Translations under genes and position numbers: made by a program
Assembly (NCBI GenBank): GCA_965246715.1
Contig: CBDFFH010000049.1
Coordinates: forward strand, 1-64,000
Source: Chamaesiphon sp.
GTDB lineage: Bacteria; Cyanobacteriota; Cyanobacteriia; Cyanobacteriales; Chamaesiphonaceae
Reading direction: 5' to 3'
DNA length: 64,000 nucleotides
Shown: piece after piece, positions 29,377 to 40,304 of the stretch
How positions within the stretch are numbered: position 1 is the stretch's first letter
Layout of the letters: each line of letters opens with the position of its first letter
The notes under the pieces: generated by a model
Seen by the model: the letters and a program-made list of their open reading frames with translations, nothing else
The model's database searches: none
What the model was told of the DNA's origin: nothing

Positions 29377-29795
29377 AAATATCTGTTCGCGGAGCGTCTC
29401 CAATCATATTAGGAGAAAAAACACTAGATCTGGGATTCATGCTGGAGGTCAAAGATCTGTCGATCGATCGAATCATCAATTTCAGTGCTAGCCTGCGATC
29501 TTAACTTACTTTTTTTGCTGAAACTGCTATCGAGCGAGATTTTGCTGGGGATCGCGCGATTACTTTACAAAAATTCAAACAGTCATCCCAACGTTAACAA
29601 ACGTCGGTTCGGGATAAGGATAGACGATCGATGATTCCTAGCTGCATTTCTACACTACCTCAAATGAATTTGCGGATGCAGCCACTTTGAGACAAACCCT
29701 AAATGTTGCCGATCGTCACGATTGTCAATCATACTCATATCCAGCAATGCTTTGCCCTAAAATCGAGTGCAGTAAGTTGAGGATCCGATCTTCAA

Positions 29796-30305
29796 TTACT
29801 CTAACTCTTCCAATCCTACCGCCATCAGGTAGCCTCTAGCTCTCTCCGTAAGTGGATAGCGATTCACTAATTGCCAAAATTTAGCGCTGTGGTTTGCTTC
29901 GAGCAGATGTCCTAGCTCGTGCATCACGACATATTCTTGAACGAATAGTGGCATCTTCGTCAGTCGATGCGAAATCCGAATCGTACCTAGCGCTGGCGTG
30001 CAACTACCGTAGATACTAGTTTGTTGAGTAGACCACTCGATCGAGTGCCACTTGAGATTATTCTGGAAATATTCGCGGTTCAATCGTTGAGCGATTCGAT
30101 CTAAATCTGCGGCACTAAGATTGCGTTTTTGTTGTTTTTTTGCGATCCGTTGTTGCAACTTGTCGATAATTGGCTGGAGATCTTTATCCTGACAACCAGC
30201 AGGAGCCAAAACTTCGAGTAGGCCATCTACTACCCGCGCGCTAACAGTTTTTGCACGTTTGTTGCTGCGAATAATTCTAACTTCCATGTTGATTTCGATC
30301 GCCAA
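29796..30305 (-). CDS. M48/YgjP-like (DUF45) zinc metallopeptidase-fold protein
   Basis: YGSCTP..GTIRIS, EYVVMHELGHL..NHS..FW. Confidence 0.88.
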   Translation of the reverse strand: MAIEINMEVRIIRSNKRAKTVSARVVDGLLEVLAPAGCQDKDLQPIIDKLQQRIAKKQQKRNLSAADLDRIAQRLNREYFQNNLKWHSIEWSTQQTSIYGSCTPALGTIRISHRLTKMPLFVQEYVVMHELGHLLEANHSAKFWQLVNRYPLTERARGYLMAVGLEELE

Positions 30306-30334
30306 ACCCTATCTACTGGCTGTATTTTAGCAAT

Positions 30335-31507
30335 TTATGCCGTGGTAGCTGCAGTAATGGTCGATCGAAGTAGCTCCAAATTTCTCTTTCCAGCTTTGGT
30401 ATTTGGATGATCTGCGCCCAATTGTTGCTCCAAAATTGAGATGGCATGGACGTATAATGGTTCGGCATCGTTATATCTACCGATCGATTTGTACAAAAGT
30501 GCCAAATTATTCAGACTAGTAGCCGTGTTTTCATGATTGGCTCCGAGTTGCTGTTCGCTAATTGTCAAGGCGCGGACATATAATGTTTCCGCATCGCTAT
30601 ATCTACCGATCGATTCGTACAAAAGTGCCAAATTATTTAGACTAGTGGCAGTGTTTGCATGATTGGCTCCGAGTTGCTGTTCGCTAATTGCCAGGGCGCG
30701 GACGAATAATGGTTCCGCATCGCTGTATCGTCCTTGTTCATAATAAAGTCCAGCAAGTCTACCTAAACTATTGGCGACATCTGGAGAATCATTAACTTTC
30801 AACCGCCCCAATAGCCCCTCAAACTGCAAAGTCAAATCTCGTAACTCTTGTTGTGCGCCAACTTCTGCCAAAGATTCCAATGCTGGTAATAAATAGTTTT
30901 TCAATAATTCATCATCAGGCAAATGTGCCGATTGTGCTCGATCGAATCGCTTTAATAAGTTCTCTACCCGATGGTGAGTATCCGCCATATTTGCATAACT
31001 AGCCGGAGCAAAATCTAGGGTTGGTTCGATCTCGGTTAATTGATTAGTGCGGATTGCTTCTGTCAACTGTAACCTGAGACTAAACCAGCGATTGAGATCT
31101 GGCATCGCGTGAATCGATGTTTGCATAAAAGCTGGAGTCATCCACCAAATTTGTTTCACACCTGAAACTAGAAAACGTTCGCGATTGAAGTTAACAATGC
31201 AGAGAGCTTCTGGCAAAGACATTCGATCGTTAAACGCCGTTGAAAATCCAGTAATAGAAATCACCCCTGTGAGATTTGCCAATCGATCGATTAATGTCGA
31301 GACAACTAGCTCTGGATCTTGTTGAGTGGGTAATTCGATTTCATCAAATGATAATTGTTTGGCAGTTAAAGCTTCCCGCAGAAATTTAATTACCTGCTGA
31401 CGAGAAAATTCCGAAGCAAACTCGACCCGCACTAAACCTTGTTCGGGTCGATTTGCCCACAATAGCAACCGATTCTGAATGTCGATAATACTGCCAGTTT
31501 CGGACAT
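30335..31507 (-). CDS. Tetratricopeptide repeat protein with a degenerate ATPase-like N-terminal domain
   Basis: Three kinesin-light-chain-type TPRs (TATSLNNLALLY..IGRY.DAE.LY.RAL.I.EQQLGA.H); N-terminal N..RERF.....IWW.......MPDL..W pattern. Confidence 0.85.
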   Translation of the reverse strand: MSETGSIIDIQNRLLLWANRPEQGLVRVEFASEFSRQQVIKFLREALTAKQLSFDEIELPTQQDPELVVSTLIDRLANLTGVISITGFSTAFNDRMSLPEALCIVNFNRERFLVSGVKQIWWMTPAFMQTSIHAMPDLNRWFSLRLQLTEAIRTNQLTEIEPTLDFAPASYANMADTHHRVENLLKRFDRAQSAHLPDDELLKNYLLPALESLAEVGAQQELRDLTLQFEGLLGRLKVNDSPDVANSLGRLAGLYYEQGRYSDAEPLFVRALAISEQQLGANHANTATSLNNLALLYESIGRYSDAETLYVRALTISEQQLGANHENTATSLNNLALLYKSIGRYNDAEPLYVHAISILEQQLGADHPNTKAGKRNLELLRSTITAATTA

Positions 31508-32281
31508 TTACTCTAGGCCCCCAGGCACTAAAACACTAGCAGGTGGCTGAATCCTCTTTTGTTTGACTAAAATATCCACCACCAGCGGATGCACACAAAA
31601 CCATCTCTTACCATTAAATTCTTGGATCGCTCGCGCATTTAATAGTGAATACATCACGGAATCAGTGATTTGAGCTTTGGGATTATCATTATAAATCTCC
31701 ATCAATCGATCGGCTTTTTCAGGATAGGTAACGGGGTCTGGATCGTAAGGACTTTGACCCAATCGCCGCTCATAATCACTACGTAAATTATAGATTGCGC
31801 GATCGAGATCGTCCGCCTCAATCTGTTGTCCGCCACGAATAATCGCTGTATCTGCGGCATAATTTACCAATGAAAATAGATCGCTCAAATTACCACCAGA
31901 AGCAACGATCGCCCGATTCATTTGTTTGGGTGCAAATAGATCGACATTCACCCTTGCTGTGAGTACCAAAGTTATCGCATCTCTCCCTTTTTGATTGGCT
32001 GTTTTATCTGGCTGAAATACTGGCGTATCAGAAAGTACGAAACTGCGATCGCTAGCAAAAGGTAGTTGAGTTGCTTTACTAGAATAAAATAGATTAATTG
32101 GTAAACTAAAAATTAAATGCGTCCGCAACTCCCGGAAAATGTTGGCATAAGTTACAAATAAATCTTCGAGTAGCGCCGTGGGAATTCCCGCTCGATCGAA
32201 ATCTTCGCCAATAAATAACCACTCCTGGCCCGTCTTTTGCCGCAAGAGGTGATTACGGTCATCCATCAAGCGATTCGCCAC
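31508..32281 (-). pseudogene. 5'-truncated P-loop ATPase (partner of the TPR gene)
   Basis: Walker-B-like LFIGEDFDR, ASGGNL.DL and WF.VHPLV present; no Walker A; the frame closes ~23 codons upstream of 32281; abuts the TPR start. Confidence 0.65.
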
Positions 32282-32401
32282 TTCAATTAGCGTATCGAGC
32301 CGACTGACGCGATGCTCGATGACTTCTTGTTTCCGAGAGTACTCATGGCACTAAAGCGAATCGGCGAACTCATGTGATGATTCCAACAGTAATCGGTGCG
32401 G

Positions 32402-33871
32402 CTATTTGTTTCCAAAGTTGCAAGCCGTACTAAATTTAAGTGGGCAATTTTTATTGGCGATCGGGTTATCAGCGATCGCTAGTCGTTCTAGCTTAGTTAG
32501 TGATGATAAAGCTTGAATATCTTCGATCTGATTGCCTTCTAGATCTAGCGAACTTAACTTAGACAGCGATGATAATGGTTGAATATCTTTAAGCTGATTT
32601 TTGTTGAGAGTTAGTCGTTCTAACTTAGTCAATGTTGCTAAATTTTTGATGTCTGCGATCGAGTTTTTACCTAGACTAAGCCGCTCGAGATTATTTAAAA
32701 ATGATAACGGCTGAATATTATCAATCTGATTACCTTCTAATGTCAGGTCTATTAATTTACTCAACCGCGATAAAGATCGAATATCTTTAATCTGATTATT
32801 TTCTAGATCGAGATAGGTTAGTTTATTCAACGACTCTAGTGGTCTAGCATCTTTGATTTGATTGTTACCTAAAGATAGAAAAGTTAGTTCTCCAAAGGCT
32901 GACAAAGATTTAATGTCTACGATCTGATTGCTCGCTAATGACAATGAATTTAGATTATTCTTCATCGATGACAATAGCTGAATGTCTACAATTTTATTGC
33001 CATCTAAGTCTAGAAAATTTAGATTAGTAAGTGCAGCCAAATTTTTAATATCGGTTATTTGATTATTACTAAGTGTCAGAAATGTCAGATTTTTTAGCGA
33101 TGATAGCGGTTGGGTATCTTGAATTTGGTTACTACCTAATGTCAGAGAATTTAATTTTGAAAGCGATGATAAACTCTCGATCTTGGTAATCTGATTGCTG
33201 CCGATCGATAGTGAAGTTAAATTAACAAGAGCTGCTAAAGGTTGGATGTCAGTTATCTGATTGGAACTCAGCGATAAATCTTGGAGTTTTGTCAGAGATG
33301 CTAACAGACCGATATCTTTTACTTCATTGGAATTGAGTGAGAGTAACTCTAGATTAGTTAGTGCTGATAATGGGCGTAGCTCTCGCACCTTGTTATCGAC
33401 TAAGATCAGCGAAGTTAGATTGGTAAGCGGTAGTAGCGATTGAATATCACTAATTTTATTTGAATATAGCGATAGTTCTTTAAGATTGACTAGTGCTGAT
33501 AACGGTCGCAGATCTTCAATTTGATTGGAATTAAGCGAAAGCTTAACAAGTTTAGTTAACGATGATAAAGGTTGAAGATCTTTAATTTTTACGTTGTCTA
33601 GCTCGAGTGTAGTCGCTGCCTGAAGTTGACGATCTGCTGTTTTACAATCAGTGGTTGAGACTTTTTTTAGGATTACTCCGACTGTATATTTAGCATCAGC
33701 ACCGATTTTATTACGATTGCGACACAGCTCGATAAAAGACTTTGCCCGAACTTGGGCGGGAACATTCTTGGCAGCAACGGGCTGAATGTATCCGATCGAA
33801 ATCGCACTTAGCGCGATCGATATTGTTAGAATTAGAAATTTATCGATCCTAATTTTCTCTAGCATATTCAT
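32402..33871 (-). CDS. Secreted internalin-like leucine-rich repeat protein
   Basis: Signal peptide, SF.ELC cap, many 22-aa LxxLxLxxNQIxDIxPL repeats, C-terminal CP...C. Confidence 0.93.
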   Translation of the reverse strand: MNMLEKIRIDKFLILTISIALSAISIGYIQPVAAKNVPAQVRAKSFIELCRNRNKIGADAKYTVGVILKKVSTTDCKTADRQLQAATTLELDNVKIKDLQPLSSLTKLVKLSLNSNQIEDLRPLSALVNLKELSLYSNKISDIQSLLPLTNLTSLILVDNKVRELRPLSALTNLELLSLNSNEVKDIGLLASLTKLQDLSLSSNQITDIQPLAALVNLTSLSIGSNQITKIESLSSLSKLNSLTLGSNQIQDTQPLSSLKNLTFLTLSNNQITDIKNLAALTNLNFLDLDGNKIVDIQLLSSMKNNLNSLSLASNQIVDIKSLSAFGELTFLSLGNNQIKDARPLESLNKLTYLDLENNQIKDIRSLSRLSKLIDLTLEGNQIDNIQPLSFLNNLERLSLGKNSIADIKNLATLTKLERLTLNKNQLKDIQPLSSLSKLSSLDLEGNQIEDIQALSSLTKLERLAIADNPIANKNCPLKFSTACNFGNK

Positions 33872-34250
33872 GGAATTAGTCTAGATTGGATAGTGTACTC
33901 GATCGGTTTGCTTATCAAATGGCAAACATAATTAGAGCCGATCGGCTACTCTGCGCTATTATCAAAATACCGTAAATCGACGATCGTTAAGGCTCGTCGA
34001 GTAAACTTTACCTATTATTATATTACCTGAGATCGAAGTCGGATATTTTAATCTTTCTAAAATAGTATCTTTTCTTACCAAGTGAGCGATCGGTGTGCTT
34101 CAGGTTATTAAGTTTATGAACAGCCGATCGACATTGAGGAGAGCGCTATCGATCTGTCACATTACTTAAAACTAAATATATAATTTATCCAAGTGAATAA
34201 CTTGAAACTGCTAAGATACAATCAGTCGTATCGAATCGAGTAGTTAATTC

Positions 34251-34727
34251 ATGGCAACATACACTCCTGACGAATTAAGTGCGATTGCCGAAGCTCCTGG
34301 CGCGATCGGGATGGCAGTAGCAATGGCCGATCTGGGGATCGTCTCTACAGCGATCGAAGCTGTCGCTCTGAGCAAAGAAATCGTAGGTGCAGCGAAGAAA
34401 TATCCCAATAACTCGATCGTCCAAGCGGCGTTTTCGGAGACGGCGCTCACTAGCGGTAAGATCGAGCGCCAGAAAATGGATGTCAAAGCCGAAGATGTCG
34501 AGTCTGGCGCGATCGTGACTAAAGCGATTGCAACTGTAGATTTGGCCATCGCCGCGATCGGTACTAAGGCAACACCTGAAGAAGTGACGGAATTCAAACA
34601 GTTTATTTATGCTTGTGCCGCAGCAGTCGCAAATGCTGCTGGTAACGGTTTGTTCGGTTCGGGCAATCCGAAAGTAAGTCCGGGCGAAGCCGCAGCACTC
34701 GCCAAAATTAAAGCTGCATTGGCCTAA
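34251..34727 (+). CDS. Conserved hypothetical all-helical protein
   Basis: Typical codon usage; G.AVAMAD.G and VA.AAG.GLFG.G..VS..EA.AL motifs. Confidence 0.75.
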   Translation: MATYTPDELSAIAEAPGAIGMAVAMADLGIVSTAIEAVALSKEIVGAAKKYPNNSIVQAAFSETALTSGKIERQKMDVKAEDVESGAIVTKAIATVDLAIAAIGTKATPEEVTEFKQFIYACAAAVANAAGNGLFGSGNPKVSPGEAAALAKIKAALA

Positions 34728-34739
34728 CAAATTAAGATG

Positions 34740-34835
34740 GGCGTTGCTGAATTTAGGGATAATTCCTGAAATCCAAAGTAGGGGCAATTCATGAATTGCC
34801 CCTACTCTGAATTTTGAGAACAAATCAGCAACGCC
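34740..34835. mobile_element. 96-bp IS1-type MITE carrying a GTAG-type REP palindrome
   Basis: TIRs GGCGTTGCTGA / TCAGCAACGCC; 8-bp TSD TTAAGATG (34732-34739, 34836-34843); internal GTAGGGGCAATTCATGAATTGCCCCTAC. Confidence 0.85.
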
Positions 34836-35085
34836 TTAAGATGCGCTTGTAACAATACCGATCGGCGCACGGGGTGCTGCTCTCGACGATCGTCAAGAGC
34901 GCACACCTCAGCCGAACAGTGCCGCAAAATTGTAAACGTCAGCCGTTTGACGTAAGGCAGATCCATCAACTGGCTGATTTATATAAAGTAGATTTACGAG
35001 TATGATGGGTTACATTAGTTACCCAATAACTACTGCAACTTAGATCGCTATTCACTGGTGGTCTATTTTTTGTTTTTGTCAGTAA

Positions 35086-36366
35086 TTAGCAATCGAGTAG
35101 ACTTGCCACGATCGCCGCTAACTTATTCGCAGCACCCGCTTCACCTCTGACTTGCTGCAATCGCGATCGCATCGCTGCTAATTTTTCTGGATGTTCGAGA
35201 TAGTCGAGTGCAAACTCAGCGACGTTTTTGGCATCCAAATATCCTACTAACTCGGGTACGATTTCTTCGCCGTTCGCCCATAGATTCGGCCATGCGAACT
35301 TCCGGTTTCCCATCATCCGAAACGCAGTAATATTGACGATTTTGGCGATCGGCGTTCCCAGTAGCGGTAAATTAACTAAGATCCCTAATGGCCCATCCCA
35401 AGCGCGCATGGCATCCAATTGTTGCAGTGCAATCAGAACTATCATTGGGACACCCAAGCTACCTAATTCAGCCGTATTTGCCCCAACTGTCGTCAAGCAG
35501 AGGGTGCATTCAGCCAACCAATCATGTTCCGTGCGTAATTCGACTTTTAAACCTTTCGCAGTCAGAAGATAAGAATGCGCTGCTTCCGTCACTAGCGTCG
35601 CAGTTGCACCATTGACTAGCGCGATTACCGGATTGCGAGCGGGATCGGCATAGCTAGCGAGGGTGAGAATATCGATCGTCGGCGCGACAGGAATGATAAA
35701 TTTTAGCTGTGGCTGAGCTGCTTGCAGATATTCCGCAATTGCCAACATTAAGGGTAATCCCATCCCCAGTTTTGCCGCTTTAGAACCAGGTAAAAGTCCG
35801 ATCTGACTTGGTGTATTAGCATTCTCAACTGTTGAATTAAGATCGTCCCGATTGTCGATCGTCAAATCGCCGACTACCGTAAATTTATCGGTATATTGCG
35901 GTTTCACTTTTGCCATGACGCGATCGTTCATTACCGCAAAGCGATCGACTAAACCGTGCCATCGCGCTTCCCATTCGGCATAAACTACCGTCCGATAACC
36001 AAATCTTTTCCCGATTACGACAGGGAAAAACTGATCGCCACCCAAAAAGATAACTACCCCCCGTTCCCGCCAATCCCAATTTTCGGCGGTTTTGCCCCAC
36101 ACCAAAAACTTGGTAAAATGCTCCGCACCCTGCACTCGATCGACTTCTGGATAAGTCTCGACAATCTGCACTTCTCTCCCGCTCGCATTCGGACATGGCG
36201 ATAGTACAACCGAAATCCGCACCCGATCTCGCTCCATGCCTAACTTAGCTCTTAACGCACGAACGACAGGACGCACCCACGTGGTCACTTCGCCGGGGCC
36301 ATTGGATAGGATAATAATATCGATCGGCGCTAGACGATGCGCAGGATTCGGTTGGATGGGGTTCAT
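35086..36366 (-). CDS. Lipid-A-disaccharide synthase-like glycosyltransferase (LpxB family)
   Basis: ILSNGPGE, FLGGDQF, IGLLPGSK, TTVGANTAEL, AWPN.W...IVPEL. Confidence 0.8.
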   Translation of the reverse strand: MNPIQPNPAHRLAPIDIIILSNGPGEVTTWVRPVVRALRAKLGMERDRVRISVVLSPCPNASGREVQIVETYPEVDRVQGAEHFTKFLVWGKTAENWDWRERGVVIFLGGDQFFPVVIGKRFGYRTVVYAEWEARWHGLVDRFAVMNDRVMAKVKPQYTDKFTVVGDLTIDNRDDLNSTVENANTPSQIGLLPGSKAAKLGMGLPLMLAIAEYLQAAQPQLKFIIPVAPTIDILTLASYADPARNPVIALVNGATATLVTEAAHSYLLTAKGLKVELRTEHDWLAECTLCLTTVGANTAELGSLGVPMIVLIALQQLDAMRAWDGPLGILVNLPLLGTPIAKIVNITAFRMMGNRKFAWPNLWANGEEIVPELVGYLDAKNVAEFALDYLEHPEKLAAMRSRLQQVRGEAGAANKLAAIVASLLDC

Positions 36367-36478
36367 CGTGACTAATTAACTAGATATTCCCAGACGACGA
36401 TTTATCTTAATAGTTTCTGGATCGATCGAGCTGGCAAGCGAACGACTAAAATAAATTCATAGCTTTTCGGTTAAACCT

Positions 36479-36610
36479 ATGACTGCAATATTACTCGCAC
36501 CCCCAGCTGAAATCATTCACTTGACCGGGATTAGCTGGAAAACCTATGAGGCGCTGTCAGCAGAATCGATCGACAGTTACGCATCACTTACAACCGTGGC
36601 AACTTAGATT
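36479..36610 (+). pseudogene. Uma2-family endonuclease N-terminal remnant
   Basis: MTAILLAPPAEIIHLTGISWKTYEAL, then frameshifted DRQLRITYNRGNL; followed by palindrome GTGGGCACTGCCCAC (36624-36638). Confidence 0.65.
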
Positions 36611-36872
36611 TCAATTTTGTATGGTGGGCACTGCCCACAAACACATAGTCGCTCAAAATTCGATAAGTGTTAAATGTATTCGATCGTTTGTGTATCATTA
36701 TTTGCAATGGAAATGTTTGTTGAAGGTGATATACATCTCGATCGATCGTTGAAGAGATCGATGAAACCAGCACCACTAGCATTAACACCAGTCAAATTAG
36801 CTTTACTAAAGATAGTCTCATCACAAGCAGCAAATTCGAGGTTCCCTAAAAATAGTTTTAATGTTTCTAGTT

Positions 36873-36983
36873 ACCGTGAGTTCGGGTTAAGGATATTTGG
36901 TTCGATCGAGTCCTGCCGCCGATTGAAATCGGGGCTAGCACTGCCAAGTCCGCGAAGGCAGGCTCACGTTACTTATTCCTTAA
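36873..36983. repeat. Degenerate MITE/REP-like element
   Basis: ACCGTGAGTTCGGGTTAAGG terminus (similar termini at 29600 and 55024) plus CCGATTGAAATCGGGGCT and AAGTCCGCGAAGGCAGGCT units. Confidence 0.5.
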
Positions 36984-37795
36984 ATTTCTTCTGATTGTGG
37001 CAATGGGAAAGTTTCCCCAGCTAAATAAGCATCAAAGTGCTTTTGGAAATACAGCCATGAAGTAACATCGTCCACATCTAACAAAGATGCTGGTGCATTT
37101 TGATATAGCGGCATGCGAGTCTTAATTTCATCCTGAAGCAATTGCGGTAAACCACTCACCCCACTGACTTTCCCGCCATAAGCACTATAAATTAAATTAC
37201 CAGGGAGATTGCCCATTTTCATCCACGGAATCCAAGGGCCGATCCGATCCCAGCATAGTTTCAGTTGAGAAACCGAGATGATTTCTGGATTCAATAATTC
37301 TTGCGTCGGCACGGTAAGTTTAAATAATTCGGCGGCTTGATAAGTGGGATTGGGACTATATGCCGCAAATTTGGGATCGGTTGCGAGCGGATTGGGATAA
37401 GTAGAAAATAGATCGAATACAAACGTGGTGTCGTCTCCATCTACTCGTGCCGGAAACTTGCCCCTAAACATCCCTTGGACGGGGTTATTGGCAACATGCA
37501 TCACCGGGAGGACTTCTCCAGTCCAGGGATTTTGCCATGTCCGCAAAATTTCTCCAGTCTCTGGGTGCAGGTAATAAGTTAATTCTCTGGAAGTAAAATC
37601 CCAGCTCCCCTCTCCCGTCGGAATACACCGACAAACACTCACACCGACCATTTTAAACAGGCGATTTCGCTTTTCCCCTGGAACAAAAGCATAAATCGCA
37701 CCCGTCCAAGTCAGAAAGGTGGATTGGAGAGGATCGAGTGACGATCGAGTCTTGACCCAGTGCTGGGCATCAAAGTCTTGAATTTGAGCTACCAT
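36980..37795 (-). CDS. DUF1838 family protein
   Basis: W.G.IYAF.PGE...LF...G, SRELTYY.HPETGEIL..W.NPWTGE...V.HVANNPV, W.R.GPW.PWMKMG; start ATG 37795 with AGGAG upstream. Confidence 0.8.
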   Translation of the reverse strand: MVAQIQDFDAQHWVKTRSSLDPLQSTFLTWTGAIYAFVPGEKRNRLFKMVGVSVCRCIPTGEGSWDFTSRELTYYLHPETGEILRTWQNPWTGEVLPVMHVANNPVQGMFRGKFPARVDGDDTTFVFDLFSTYPNPLATDPKFAAYSPNPTYQAAELFKLTVPTQELLNPEIISVSQLKLCWDRIGPWIPWMKMGNLPGNLIYSAYGGKVSGVSGLPQLLQDEIKTRMPLYQNAPASLLDVDDVTSWLYFQKHFDAYLAGETFPLPQSEEI

Positions 37796-38046
37796 CTTAG
37801 TCAGACTCCTAGGGATATAAACAATTTTATTCTTGATGTTGCCCAATCCTGTGATGAAATTGTCGGGCACCCTCTATTTAGGTGGCGTAAACCTCGTAGC
37901 GGTAAGCACGAGGTTTACTCTCAACTCATCAACGGCTTTTATTTGTTAGTCTAACGTATCGGTTATGCCAACATAACAAGCGATCGAACTACACGAGTGA
38001 ACTAACGATATGAGAACGGCAGACTGTTGGGGCAAATTTAACATTC

Positions 38047-38086
38047 AAAAAGTAAGGGTACTCTAAGGAGTACCCTTACTTTTTTT
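38047..38086. terminator. Intrinsic terminator of metK
   Basis: AAAAAGTAAGGGTACTC-TAAG-GAGTACCCTTACTTTTT perfect hairpin. Confidence 0.85.
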
Positions 38087-38160
38087 AGCTGGAGATCGCC
38101 CGATCTCTAGTGAAATTATCGATCGCTAATTTCGGAGCTAGATAACTCCGAGATTTACTT

Positions 38161-39423
38161 CTAACCGACTTTAGCAGCTTGAAACTTCGCAGCAGCAGCT
38201 TTGAGCGTAGCAGCTTTGTCGGTTTGTTCCCAAGGGAGATCCAGATCCGATCGACCAAAATGACCGTAGGCAGCGACATCTTGATAGAACCGACCACCGC
38301 GTTCTGAGGGGAGATTTCGCAAGCCAAAGGTCGCGAGAATCCCTTCCGGACGTAGTTCGAAGTGTTCTTCGATCAGTTCAAAAATTCGATCGTCATCGAT
38401 CGTGCCAGTGCCGAAAGTTTCGACTAAAATACTGACAGGACGCGCTACACCGATCGCATAGCTGAGTTGCACTTCGCATTTTTCAGCCAAGCCCGCAGCG
38501 ACGACATTTTTGGCAACATAACGGCAAGCATACGCCGCCGAACGATCGACCTTAGTGGGATCTTTACCAGAGAAAGCACCACCACCATGACGCGAGTAAC
38601 CGCCATAGGTATCAACGATAATTTTCCGTCCGGTTAAGCCAGCATCACCTTGAGGCCCACCGATGACGAATTTCCCAGTCGGATTGACCAAATATTTGGT
38701 GGTGTCGTCTGGCTTAATCGCTAAATCGGCGAAGACAGGTAAAACTACTGCTTTCCATAGATCGGCTTTGATTTTGGCTTGAACGCCAGCATCATCTGCG
38801 ATCTCACCGATTGCAGCATCGTGTTGAGTCGAGATCAGAATCGTATCGATCCCGACAGGTTTGCCATCTTCATAGGCAACAGTTACTTGAGTCTTGCCAT
38901 CGGGACGCAGATACGGCAATTCGCCCAGCTTCCGCACGGCAGCCAAGCGCAAGGCAACTCTGTGTGCCAAGCTGATCGGTAAAGGCATTAATTCGGGTGT
39001 TTCGTTACAAGCATACCCAAACATAATCCCCTGATCTCCAGCACCAGTCTCGTCAAAGCGATGACTGTTATCATCGTCGCGACATTCTTTAGCTGAATTT
39101 ACACCTTGGGCGATATCCGGTGACTGTTGGTCTAAGGCAATCAGCACCGAAGCGCTATTAGCCGAAAACCCATTATCAGCATCGGTATAACCAATTTCAG
39201 CGATTTTCTTTCTGGCTAAGTCGATATAATTGACAGTAGCCTTGGTCGTGATTTCGCCAGTGATCAGTACGAGTCCGGTATTGACAACAACTTCTGCTGC
39301 CACGCGGCTGTAAGGATCTTGAGCGAGTAGAGCATCCAAAATTGTATCAGAGATCTGATCGCAGATTTTGTCAGGGTGACCTTCGGTCACAGATTCGGAG
39401 GTAAAAAGATATCTACGAGACAA
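38161..39423 (-). CDS. metK: S-adenosylmethionine synthetase
   Basis: [37 protein letters not shown]. Confidence 0.98.
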   Translation of the reverse strand: MSRRYLFTSESVTEGHPDKICDQISDTILDALLAQDPYSRVAAEVVVNTGLVLITGEITTKATVNYIDLARKKIAEIGYTDADNGFSANSASVLIALDQQSPDIAQGVNSAKECRDDDNSHRFDETGAGDQGIMFGYACNETPELMPLPISLAHRVALRLAAVRKLGELPYLRPDGKTQVTVAYEDGKPVGIDTILISTQHDAAIGEIADDAGVQAKIKADLWKAVVLPVFADLAIKPDDTTKYLVNPTGKFVIGGPQGDAGLTGRKIIVDTYGGYSRHGGGAFSGKDPTKVDRSAAYACRYVAKNVVAAGLAEKCEVQLSYAIGVARPVSILVETFGTGTIDDDRIFELIEEHFELRPEGILATFGLRNLPSERGGRFYQDVAAYGHFGRSDLDLPWEQTDKAATLKAAAAKFQAAKVG

Positions 39424-39584
39424 GGAATAGTCCTCCTGCTGGTACTGGCTAATGTTAGCCTATTATTTGGATAGTGCCCACAAAATTAATTAATTGTAGG
39501 TAGCGCCATTTTTCAATTCGATCTGCAATCACTGAGTTTTGCTACTACCAATTTACACTACAACCGAACGAGGAGAATCAAAAA

Positions 39585-40304
39585 TTGTTGACGCTTGGGG
39601 TAAATATCGACCATGTTGCGACGATTAGACAGGCGCGACGGACTGTAGAACCCGATCCGATCGCGGCAGCGGTATTAGCGGAATTGGCTGGTGCCGACGG
39701 AATTACCGCCCATTTGCGCGAAGATCGGCGGCACATGCAGGATCGAGATATTCGATTATTGCGCGAAACCGTCCGCACTCGATTGAACCTAGAGATGGCA
39801 GCGACGGCGGAGATGGTCGCAATCGCTTTGGAGGTAAAGCCGGATTATGTTACGCTCGTACCGGAACGCCGGGAAGAGGTGACGACTGAGGGGGGACTAA
39901 ATATTGCTGGACAACTCGATCGACTGAAATCAGTAGTCGATAAATTACAATCGGCGGAGATTCCGGTCAGCTTATTTATCGACCCAGATCCAGCCCAAAT
40001 CGACGCTTCAGCACAGGTAAAAGCAAAATTCATCGAGTTACATACGGGACGATATGCCGAAGCTTGTGAGGCCAATCGTGGGGAACGGGAGCTAGCTAAT
40101 TTACAGGATGGCTGCGATCGTGCGTTGGCTGCTGGCTTACGGATTAATGCCGGACACGGACTGACTTATTGGAATGTCTACCCGATCGCGGGTCTGCCTG
40201 GCATGGAAGAATTAAATATCGGCCATAGTATCATCAGTCGAGCGGTGCTCGTGGGAATCGATCGAGCCATTCGTGAGATGAAAGCCGCGATGAAAGGCAA
40301 TTGA
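39585..40304 (+). CDS. pdxJ: Pyridoxine 5'-phosphate synthase
   Basis: [40 protein letters not shown]. Confidence 0.97.
   Translation: MLTLGVNIDHVATIRQARRTVEPDPIAAAVLAELAGADGITAHLREDRRHMQDRDIRLLRETVRTRLNLEMAATAEMVAIALEVKPDYVTLVPERREEVTTEGGLNIAGQLDRLKSVVDKLQSAEIPVSLFIDPDPAQIDASAQVKAKFIELHTGRYAEACEANRGERELANLQDGCDRALAAGLRINAGHGLTYWNVYPIAGLPGMEELNIGHSIISRAVLVGIDRAIREMKAAMKGN

Noticed and set aside
30400..30760. 126-bp DNA direct repeats
   Set aside because: Explained by TPR coding repeats; the 66-bp periodicity in 32.4-33.6 kb is likewise LRR coding
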